From assembly GCA_937935355.1 (NCBI GenBank), contig CALGYR010000143.1, forward strand, positions 8,077 through 72,076: a stretch of DNA of 64,000 bases, read 5' to 3'. Shown one piece after another: positions 34,464 to 41,637 of the stretch. The translations under genes were made by a program, and so were the position numbers. This DNA is from an uncultured bacterium. Its GTDB lineage: Bacteria; Planctomycetota; SZUA-567; JAKLDR01. The notes under the pieces were generated by a model. The model was not told the DNA's origin. It saw only the letters and a list, made by a program, of their open reading frames with translations, and searched no databases. How positions within the stretch are numbered: the stretch's first letter is position 1; every line of letters begins with the position of its first letter.

Positions 34464-35137
34464 AGCCGCGGCCTTGTCCTGAGCGCTACGCCGGGTACGT
34501 GGAGCATCCGCGATACGGCCGTGCGCCTCGCCTCACCGGCCTGGATCCCGATCCGGACTCGCCGGAGGTGCGCCTGCACTGGAACACGCGGCACTGCACG
34601 GATGCTCAGTTGAAGACGATGAAGAGGCTTCTGGGCTGGAGCCCGGCCTTCCCCGACGACGGCACACGGATGGTGCCCGGCACGGCCGTGGCCGCGGACG
34701 TGGCGCGCCAGACGCCCGCGACCGTGCCTGTCACCCACTACTACGACATCGACAAGGTCTGCCGGGACTGTCGCCGGAGATTCATCTTCTTCGCCGAGGA
34801 GCAGAAGCACTGGTACGAAGAGCTCGAATTCCCGCTCGATGCCGACGCGGTGCGCTGCGCTCCCTGTCGGAAGCGCATGCAGCACATCGGTCGGGCACGC
34901 AAGCGTTACGAGCAGTTGTCCCACGTGGCATCCCGGAACCTCGAGGAGACTCTGGAGATGGCTGACTGCTGCCTGATGCTGATCGAGGAAGCCGTCTTCC
35001 ATCAACGGCAGGCCGAGCGCGTCCGGATGCTCCTCGGGCGCGTTCCTGAGGCTGCAAAACGGGATCGGCGAGTAACGGATTTGACCGCCCGCCTCCGCGC
35101 TGTCGAGGCGGACGCGAAGCAAGGAGGTCGCAAGTGA
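34460..35137 (+). CDS. hypothetical zinc-ribbon protein, translationally coupled to rtcB
   Basis: Cys pairs CRDCRRRF...CAPCRKR suggest a zinc ribbon. Its stop overlaps the rtcB start (ATGA at 35134-35137) and its start overlaps the upstream stop. Unknown family. Confidence 0.5.
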   Translation: MKPRPCPERYAGYVEHPRYGRAPRLTGLDPDPDSPEVRLHWNTRHCTDAQLKTMKRLLGWSPAFPDDGTRMVPGTAVAADVARQTPATVPVTHYYDIDKVCRDCRRRFIFFAEEQKHWYEELEFPLDADAVRCAPCRKRMQHIGRARKRYEQLSHVASRNLEETLEMADCCLMLIEEAVFHQRQAERVRMLLGRVPEAAKRDRRVTDLTARLRAVEADAKQGGRK

Positions 35138-36528
35138 AGCCCAAGGAACTGATTGCGCTGGGTATTCCCCAGGGGGAGGCTACGAAGCGGGCCATCGCCG
35201 CCGTCCGGGCCGCGTCGCGGGCCGGCAAGGAGAAGATGGAGGTCGAGTCCGACCTCATCGCCCTGGTCGAGGACCCGGACCGGTTTGTCGAGGACGAGGT
35301 CTACGGCGAGCTCGCCGGCTACCTCGCCGAGGCGCAGCAGGCGCCGCCGGTCCGCGAGTCGCCCGTGCCCTACCGGCGTTGGGGCGAGGGGATCGAGCCC
35401 ACCGCCATCGGCCAGATGGAGAGCGCCTGCCGGCTGCCCGTCTCGGTCCGAGGGGCCTTGATGCCCGACGCCCACCAGGGCTACGGCCTGCCCATCGGAG
35501 GGGTGCTCGCCGTGCGCGACGCGGTCATCCCCTACGCGGTGGGCATGGACATTGCCTGCCGGATGAAGATGACCGTCCTCGACCTGCCCGTCGAGGCCTT
35601 GAAGCGGGATGAGAAGCGGCTGGAGGCCGCGCTGGTCCGCGAGACCGACTTCGGCATCGGTGCGTCCTTCGCCAGGCGGCGCGAACATCCGGTGATGGAC
35701 GAGGACTGGTCGGTGAGCCCCGTCACGATCCGCCACAAGGACCGCGCCTGGGCGCAGCTCGGCACCTCGGGCAGCGGCAACCACTTCGTGGAGTACGGCG
35801 TGCTCACCGTCGAGAGCGAGGCCGGCGCGCTGGGCCTCGCGCCCGGGACGTACCTCGCGATCCTGAGCCACAGCGGCAGCCGCGGCACGGGCGGCGAGGT
35901 CGCGCGCTACTACAGCGACCTGGCCATGCGCCTGCACCGCGATCTGCCCCGGGAACTCCTGCACCTGGCGTGGCTCTCGCTCGAGAGCCAGGAGGGCCGG
36001 GAGTACTGGGCGGCCATGGAGCTCATGGGCCGCTACGCCGCGGCCAACCACGAGCTCATCCACCGGCACATGGCCAGGGCGCTGGGCGTCAACGTGCTCC
36101 TCGACATCGAGAACCACCACAACTTCGCCTGGCGGGAGGAGCACTATGGCGAGGGGGTGGTGGTCCACAGGAAGGGTGCCACCCCGGCGGGGGAGGACGC
36201 CATCGGGATCATCCCCGGCTCGATGGCCACGCCGGCCTTCGTGGTCCGGGGCAAGGGCGAGCCCGAGTCGCTCAACTCCGCCTCCCACGGCGCAGGCCGC
36301 AAGATGAGCCGCACCGAGGCCAAGCGCCGCTTCCGACAGCACGACTTGGACGCCTTCCTGGCCGAGCGCGGCGTGAAGCTGCTCTCGGCGGGCATCGACG
36401 AGGCGCCCATGGCCTACAAGAAGATCGAGGAGGTCATGGCGGCGCAGACCGATCTCGTCGAGCCGCTGGCCAGGTTCGAGCCGAAACTGGTGCGCATGGC
36501 ACCGGGCTCTGAGAGAGCCGAAGATTAG
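35134..36528 (+). CDS. rtcB: RNA-splicing ligase RtcB (3'-phosphate/5'-OH RNA ligase)
   Basis: Signature RtcB metal- and GTP-binding motifs: MPDAHQGYG, GTSGSGNHF, SHSGSRG, NHHNF, SASHGAGR. Carries a ~70-aa N-terminal extension. Confidence 0.9.
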   Translation: MKPKELIALGIPQGEATKRAIAAVRAASRAGKEKMEVESDLIALVEDPDRFVEDEVYGELAGYLAEAQQAPPVRESPVPYRRWGEGIEPTAIGQMESACRLPVSVRGALMPDAHQGYGLPIGGVLAVRDAVIPYAVGMDIACRMKMTVLDLPVEALKRDEKRLEAALVRETDFGIGASFARRREHPVMDEDWSVSPVTIRHKDRAWAQLGTSGSGNHFVEYGVLTVESEAGALGLAPGTYLAILSHSGSRGTGGEVARYYSDLAMRLHRDLPRELLHLAWLSLESQEGREYWAAMELMGRYAAANHELIHRHMARALGVNVLLDIENHHNFAWREEHYGEGVVVHRKGATPAGEDAIGIIPGSMATPAFVVRGKGEPESLNSASHGAGRKMSRTEAKRRFRQHDLDAFLAERGVKLLSAGIDEAPMAYKKIEEVMAAQTDLVEPLARFEPKLVRMAPGSERAED

Positions 36529-36540
36529 GCGGTTCCTGGT

Positions 36541-36574
36541 TCCTAGTTCCTGGTTCCTGGTTGGTAGGACGGGG
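36541..36574. repeat. (GGTTCCT)n tandem array, complementary to the arm units of hairpin 28510-28576
   Basis: ggttcctggttcctagttcctggttcctggttgg, downstream of rtcB. Confidence 0.6.
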
Positions 36575-36694
36575 CGTTGCCGAGTTGCCGGGTTCCGGGT
36601 AAGGTTCGGAAGCGGTCGCCCCGGGTTGTCATGCTGAGCGCAGCGAAGCATCTTCCCGGCAGGCGATTCTGGCAAAAGGCTGCCCGGCAGGAGA

Positions 36695-37507
36695 ATGGAG
36701 ATGGCGATGTTCGACGTACGACAGGCTGACTTGGCGAAGCTGAACAGCCTCACCAAGTACCCCTCGATACCGACCTATCACGTGCTCGACGAGGGCAACG
36801 GCAGCCTCGGGGAGGACCATGTGGCCTTCGATGGCCGGGTCCTGGCCACTGAGAAGGTCGACGGCACCAATTCGCGCGTGATCTGTCTGCCGGACGGCAG
36901 CTACCTGCTGGGCAGTCGCGAGGAGTTGCTCTACGCCCGGGGGGATCTCATCGGCAACCCGTCGATGGGCATCGTCGCCGCCATGAAGGACAAGGCGGAT
37001 GAGCTCCGTGGCCGCGCCCCCGACCGTGTGCGCGTCTTCTTCTGCGAGTTCTACGGCGGGGCGGTGACGGCCAACAGCCGGCAGTACACGGGGGAGCGCC
37101 GTGCGGGCTTCCGGCTCTTCGACGTGGCCGAGATCGAAGATTACGCCGCCGTCCTCGACCGTCCGGCGGCGGCGATCGCCGCATGGCGGGACGGGGGCGG
37201 GCAGCGCTACCTGGCCGAAGACGATCTCCGGCAGTTGGCCGCGGCGTCCGGCCTGGAACTGACGCCCCGCGTGGCCGAGTTGGATGCCGGGGCGCTTCCC
37301 GGGAGCCTGGTCGACGGTCTGGCCTTTCTGCAGCGGACGATCACGAAGAGCGGCTGCGTGCTCGACGACAAGGCCGGCGGCAGGCCGGAGGGCCTCGTGG
37401 TGAGGACGCCCGACCGTCGGGTCATCGCCAAGCTGCGGTTCCAAGACTACGAGAGGACGCTCAAACGGCGCGAGAAGGACGCCGGGAGCGGCAGGCGAAA
37501 GGAGTGA
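36695..37507 (+). CDS. ATP-dependent RNA ligase (Rnl-type covalent nucleotidyltransferase)
   Basis: Motif I TEKVDGTNSRV (KxDGxN). Downstream ...FFCEFYGG..., EGLVVRT (motif IV EGxV) and VIAKLRF (motif V lysine). Compact 270 aa with no obvious OB or extra domains. The true start may be ATG 36701 or 36707. Confidence 0.7.
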   Translation: MEMAMFDVRQADLAKLNSLTKYPSIPTYHVLDEGNGSLGEDHVAFDGRVLATEKVDGTNSRVICLPDGSYLLGSREELLYARGDLIGNPSMGIVAAMKDKADELRGRAPDRVRVFFCEFYGGAVTANSRQYTGERRAGFRLFDVAEIEDYAAVLDRPAAAIAAWRDGGGQRYLAEDDLRQLAAASGLELTPRVAELDAGALPGSLVDGLAFLQRTITKSGCVLDDKAGGRPEGLVVRTPDRRVIAKLRFQDYERTLKRREKDAGSGRRKE

Positions 37508-37530
37508 GGCAGCGCGGTTGCCGACGCATC

Positions 37531-38307
37531 ATGGATACCAGGCATCTTATCGCCCAGTTCGGGAGGATCGGTGCGCGCCTGCAGGTCAGGAGCGCTCCGG
37601 AAGATCGCCGCGTGCGGGTCTTGGGGTTTGCGCTGGATGTGCGCGGCGACCGACGCGGTGAGTTTTTCGAACTCATCGCACCGCAGGACCGCGGCTTCCG
37701 GGTGTTGGCCCTGGACGCGAAGGATCGCCATCTCCTGCTGGAGGCCGAGGCCGACAGCGAGCGCTTCCTCTGCGGTCACGACGAGCGCCACTGGTTCGTG
37801 GCCGGCGTTAGCAACCGGGTGAGCTCGGTCCGGGCGGCAAAAGAGTCGCTGAGGCCCGAGATCGTGAGCCGGTCGCTCGAGGATCACGGTGTCCGGCCCA
37901 AGGACCGCGACCGGCGGCGGAACAAGGGCTTCGTGCGCCAGGGCGAATGGTTCTTCATTCCGGTCGGGAGGCTGGCCGTCAAGGAGAAGCTGATCCTGCG
38001 CAACGAGCCGCTCGTGCGCGGCCGTGGCAAGCCCCACATGGCCGAGGAGCTCTACCGCGAAGGCGGCCAGACCGTCCACGTCTGCCCGAAGTATCCGAAT
38101 GGCGTCACGCCGAAGGAGTACGCGGAGCTGATCGCAGCCCGGCCCGATCTCCGCCGGCTGAACTGGCGGGTGATGAGCCGCAACCCGCGGGCCTACGTCC
38201 GCGGCCGGATCCGCCATCCGGACCACAAGACCGTCCTGCTCCGCGTCTGGCACCGGGTGGTGCCCAACCAGGAGCGGATGAGCCAGAACATGGCGTTTCT
38301 GGACTGA
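37531..38307 (+). CDS. hypothetical protein (257 aa), immediately downstream of the RNA ligase
   Basis: Starts at ATG 37531 inside artefact ORF 37183..38307. Protein-like composition with no recognisable motif. Confidence 0.5.
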   Translation: MDTRHLIAQFGRIGARLQVRSAPEDRRVRVLGFALDVRGDRRGEFFELIAPQDRGFRVLALDAKDRHLLLEAEADSERFLCGHDERHWFVAGVSNRVSSVRAAKESLRPEIVSRSLEDHGVRPKDRDRRRNKGFVRQGEWFFIPVGRLAVKEKLILRNEPLVRGRGKPHMAEELYREGGQTVHVCPKYPNGVTPKEYAELIAARPDLRRLNWRVMSRNPRAYVRGRIRHPDHKTVLLRVWHRVVPNQERMSQNMAFLD

Positions 38308-38340
38308 ATAGGTTACAGTAGGCGGGATTCGAGGCTACTG

Positions 38341-39201
38341 ATGGACGCCAAGCGATCACGATTGTTGAAGGCAGCCCGGGCCGGCGATGCCAACGCGCAG
38401 TGTGAACTGGCGTGCTGTTACGATTTCGATCCACCTAAAGATCGAAGGCGAGCCTTTCGGTGGTATCTCAAGGCGGCGAAGAAAGGCCACGTAGAGGCTC
38501 AGAACTTCCTGGCAGAGGCCTACCGTGATGGGGCGGGAACCACACCATCGCGCAGGAAAGCGCTGCCATGGTTTCGTCGGGCGGCTGAGCAAGGAGATGC
38601 GGATGCCCAGCTATCGTTGGGCTGTGCGCTTTTCTACGGCGAAGGCTGCGGCAGGGACCGGAAGGAAGCCCTGTACTGGTACCGCAAAGCGGCTCGCCTC
38701 GGGCAGAGTTCAGCCATGCTCAACATCGGGCACATGTTCAGGCGAGGTGAAGGGCTGCCGCAGAAATGGGCAAGCGCCATCCAGTGGTACAAGAAGGCTG
38801 CCGCCAAGGGAAACGTGGCCGCCATGCACTGGCTGGCCAGGGTCCATGGCGGCCAGGAGAAGCATCCTGTAGACAGCCGTGAAGCCTTGAAGTGGCTCCA
38901 CAAAGCTGCAGCTAGGGGCGACGCGCAGTCGCAGTGCAACCTTGGCGTCCACTACATCAATGGCGAGGGCGTCCGTAAGAATGCTCGGAAGGGAGCGGCC
39001 CTGTACCGCCAGGCTGCCGAGGGTGGAGATGAGTGGGCCTTCTATCTGCTGGGGCTCTGCTATAGTGATGGGCTCGGTGTCAGGAAGAACATCCGCGTCG
39101 CGCGTGCTTGGTTCCATAAGGCGGCCGCACGGAAAGTCGCCGAGGCGAAAGAGACCATGAGAGCCATGTCTGGCGGCGCGATAGCAGGAACCAGGAGCTA
39201 G
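38341..39201 (+). CDS. Sel1-like repeat (SLR/TPR-like) protein
   Basis: Repeated ~36-aa units with the A..G.A.AQ..LG..Y..G.GV..D...A..W..KAA pattern. Locally lower GC. Confidence 0.75.
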   Translation: MDAKRSRLLKAARAGDANAQCELACCYDFDPPKDRRRAFRWYLKAAKKGHVEAQNFLAEAYRDGAGTTPSRRKALPWFRRAAEQGDADAQLSLGCALFYGEGCGRDRKEALYWYRKAARLGQSSAMLNIGHMFRRGEGLPQKWASAIQWYKKAAAKGNVAAMHWLARVHGGQEKHPVDSREALKWLHKAAARGDAQSQCNLGVHYINGEGVRKNARKGAALYRQAAEGGDEWAFYLLGLCYSDGLGVRKNIRVARAWFHKAAARKVAEAKETMRAMSGGAIAGTRS

Positions 39202-39210
39202 GAATCGCCC

Positions 39211-40614
39211 ATGCTCCTAACCATCACCACCACTCACCGCCCGGCCACCGACCTCGGCTGGCTGCTCCACAAGCACCCGGGGAAGTGCCAGTCGTTCGAG
39301 CTGCCCTTCGGGAAGGCCCACGTCTGCTATCCCGAGGCCACCGAGGAGCGCTGCACGGCGGCGCTGGTGCTCGACATCGATCCGGTGGGCTTGGTCCGCA
39401 AGCAGGGTGGTCCATCGGGCCGGGACTGGTCGCTCGAGCAGTATGTCAACGACCGGCCCTACGTGGCCTCGTCGTTCCTGAGCGTGGCCATCTCCCGGGT
39501 CTTCGGGACCGCCGTCTCCGGCACCTGTAAGAGTAAGCAGGAGCTCGCCGACTCGAAGCTGCCCTTCGAGGTCAAGCTCGCCGCCGTGCCCTGCCGGGGC
39601 GGGGAGACGCTGCTGCGTGCGCTCTTCGAGCCGCTCGGCTACTCGGTGACCGCCCGCCGCCACACGCTGGACACCAAGTTCCCGGAATGGGGCGAGAGCC
39701 TTTACCACACCGTGGAACTCGCCGGGACGGTGCGGCTGGCCGACCTGCTCTCCCACCTCTACGTGCTGGTCCCCGTCCTCGACGACGACAAGCACTACTG
39801 GGTGGGCGAGGCTGAGGTGGAGAAGCTCCTGCGCCACGGCGAAGGCTGGCTGGCCGACCATCCGGCCAAGGAGCAGATCGCCAGGCGGTATCTCTCGCAT
39901 CGCCGGAACCTGACCCGCGAGGCGCTCGCGCGGCTCGCCGACGAGGACGCCCCCGACCCGGAGGCCGAGGGCCGCTCGCGGGCTCGCGAGGAGGAGGAGG
40001 TCGAGAAGGCGCTCAACCTCAACGAGCAGCGCCTGGGCGCGGTCCTGGCGGCGCTCCGCTCGGCCGGCGCCCGGCGGGTGCTCGACCTCGGCTGCGGCGA
40101 GGGCCGGCTGCTCGGGAGCCTGATCAAGGACAAGAGCTTCACGGAGGTCGTCGGGCTCGACGCGTCCGTGCGGGCGCTCGAGATCGCCAAGCGCCGCTTG
40201 AAGCTCGACCGCCTCTCGCCCGCCGACCGCGAACGCGTGAAGCTCCTCCACGGGGCGCTCACCTACCGGGACAAGCGCCTGGCTGGCTTCGACGCCGCCG
40301 CGGTGGTGGAGGTCGTCGAGCACCTCGACCCGCCGCGCCTGGCGGCCTTCGAGCGCGTCCTCTTCGAGTTCGCCAGGCCCGCGGCCATCGTGCTCACCAC
40401 CCCGAACGTGGAGTACAACGCCAGGTTCGAGAACATGCCCGCCGGCAAGCTCCGCCACAAGGACCACCGCTTCGAGTGGACCCGCGCGGAGTTCCGGGCC
40501 TGGGCGGAGGCGGTTGCCGGACGCTTCGGCTACGCGGTGCGGTTCCTGCCGGTGGGGGCGGAGGACCCACAGTTCGGGCCGCCGACGCAGATGGCGGTAT
40601 TTGTGAGGGTCTGA
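39211..40614 (+). CDS. hen1: bacterial Hen1 RNA 3'-terminal ribose 2'-O-methyltransferase
   Basis: The MLLTITTTHRPATDLGWLLHKHP N-terminus is characteristic of bacterial Hen1. The C-terminal methyltransferase has the SAM motif VLDLGCGEGRLL and ...VVEVVEHLD... Confidence 0.85.
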   Translation: MLLTITTTHRPATDLGWLLHKHPGKCQSFELPFGKAHVCYPEATEERCTAALVLDIDPVGLVRKQGGPSGRDWSLEQYVNDRPYVASSFLSVAISRVFGTAVSGTCKSKQELADSKLPFEVKLAAVPCRGGETLLRALFEPLGYSVTARRHTLDTKFPEWGESLYHTVELAGTVRLADLLSHLYVLVPVLDDDKHYWVGEAEVEKLLRHGEGWLADHPAKEQIARRYLSHRRNLTREALARLADEDAPDPEAEGRSRAREEEEVEKALNLNEQRLGAVLAALRSAGARRVLDLGCGEGRLLGSLIKDKSFTEVVGLDASVRALEIAKRRLKLDRLSPADRERVKLLHGALTYRDKRLAGFDAAAVVEVVEHLDPPRLAAFERVLFEFARPAAIVLTTPNVEYNARFENMPAGKLRHKDHRFEWTRAEFRAWAEAVAGRFGYAVRFLPVGAEDPQFGPPTQMAVFVRV

Positions 40615-40624
40615 GAGGAGCCCC

Positions 40625-40834
40625 ATGGCCAACTCACGCGCCTTCAATCCCAACATGGTCGTCTCTGCCGGCACCCAGGTGGTGTCGCTGAAGGAGGTCC
40701 GCGGCACCAACGGCGCCATACTGCACCCCAGGGGCGCGGTGGGAGTCATCGTCAAGTCGCCGGTCGACAACGATCTGCTGATCAGGCTGAGGGTCGATCA
40801 TCTAGCAGACACAAGGCGCCTCGAACATGTCTGA
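40625..40834 (+). CDS. small hypothetical protein (69 aa)
   Basis: AGGAG RBS 5 nt before the ATG. Balanced composition. Its end overlaps the next start by 8 nt. Confidence 0.4.
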   Translation: MANSRAFNPNMVVSAGTQVVSLKEVRGTNGAILHPRGAVGVIVKSPVDNDLLIRLRVDHLADTRRLEHV

Positions 40835-41636
40835 GCGGGCGCAGGTGCGTGAGGCTGCCGTCCTGGCGGCCATTGAGGATCTCTTCGCGATCTTCGCCGC
40901 GTATCCACTGCAGCCCGTTGTCCATGGCTGTCCGCACTGCATTACCGAGCACGACAACGCACTGCTTCACTCCAGGCCGCTTCGACGGCTGACTTGGGTC
41001 GAGCTGGAACGGTACGCCTTCAAGGCTCTGACGACTTGGGGAAGTGTCGAGGATTTCAAGCACTTCCTGCCGCGGCTATTCGAACTGATCGCAGGTGAAG
41101 AAGAGTCGGTGATAGATTCCGAAGTGCTGGTCGGCAAACTTGCTGTCGGTCAGTGGGCCAGCTGGCCAGCCGCTGAACAAGGAGCGATCCGCTCATTTCT
41201 GATGGCGTGGTGGATCAAGACCATCCATGCACGAGTGGATCCATCTGAGTTTGAGCTGGATGGTGGCGTCCCTTGGAGTCATGGCGGCACACCCGCCGAT
41301 CATGTGCTATGTTGCATCAGTCGGGCCGAGGCAGATGTCGGGCCATATTTGCAGGCCTGGCTGGACGCCCAGGGCGTCGAGCCCAGTTATCACTTGGCCG
41401 TCTTCATTTGGGGCAACCTGGCCGCGATTCAAAAGGGGCGCACGACGGACAGCGCGTGCCCGGAACAGCCACAGATGGAGCAGGTGATCGCTTGGCTCCT
41501 GAAGGCCGACACGGCCAAGCACCTTGAGAAGGCCGCTGAGCGATACTGGGACAGCCCCTACGTGATCCTGATCTTGCAGGCCAGCGAGCAGCTGGACAGT
41601 CTGCGCCAGACCTTTCCGCCCAAAGCGAGGCCCTGA
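40827..41636 (+). CDS. hypothetical protein (269 aa), low-GC insertion between hen1 and pnkp
   Basis: Protein-like composition (W/F/H/Y-rich, e.g. ...HGCPHCITEHDNALLH...). Its stop lies 1 nt before the pnkp start. No family recognised. Confidence 0.5.
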   Translation: MSERAQVREAAVLAAIEDLFAIFAAYPLQPVVHGCPHCITEHDNALLHSRPLRRLTWVELERYAFKALTTWGSVEDFKHFLPRLFELIAGEEESVIDSEVLVGKLAVGQWASWPAAEQGAIRSFLMAWWIKTIHARVDPSEFELDGGVPWSHGGTPADHVLCCISRAEADVGPYLQAWLDAQGVEPSYHLAVFIWGNLAAIQKGRTTDSACPEQPQMEQVIAWLLKADTAKHLEKAAERYWDSPYVILILQASEQLDSLRQTFPPKARP

Positions 41637-41637
41637 A

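Noticed and set aside
35002-36756. 584-aa minus-strand ORF opposite rtcB
   Set aside because: Antisense to a gene with every RtcB signature motif. An artefact.
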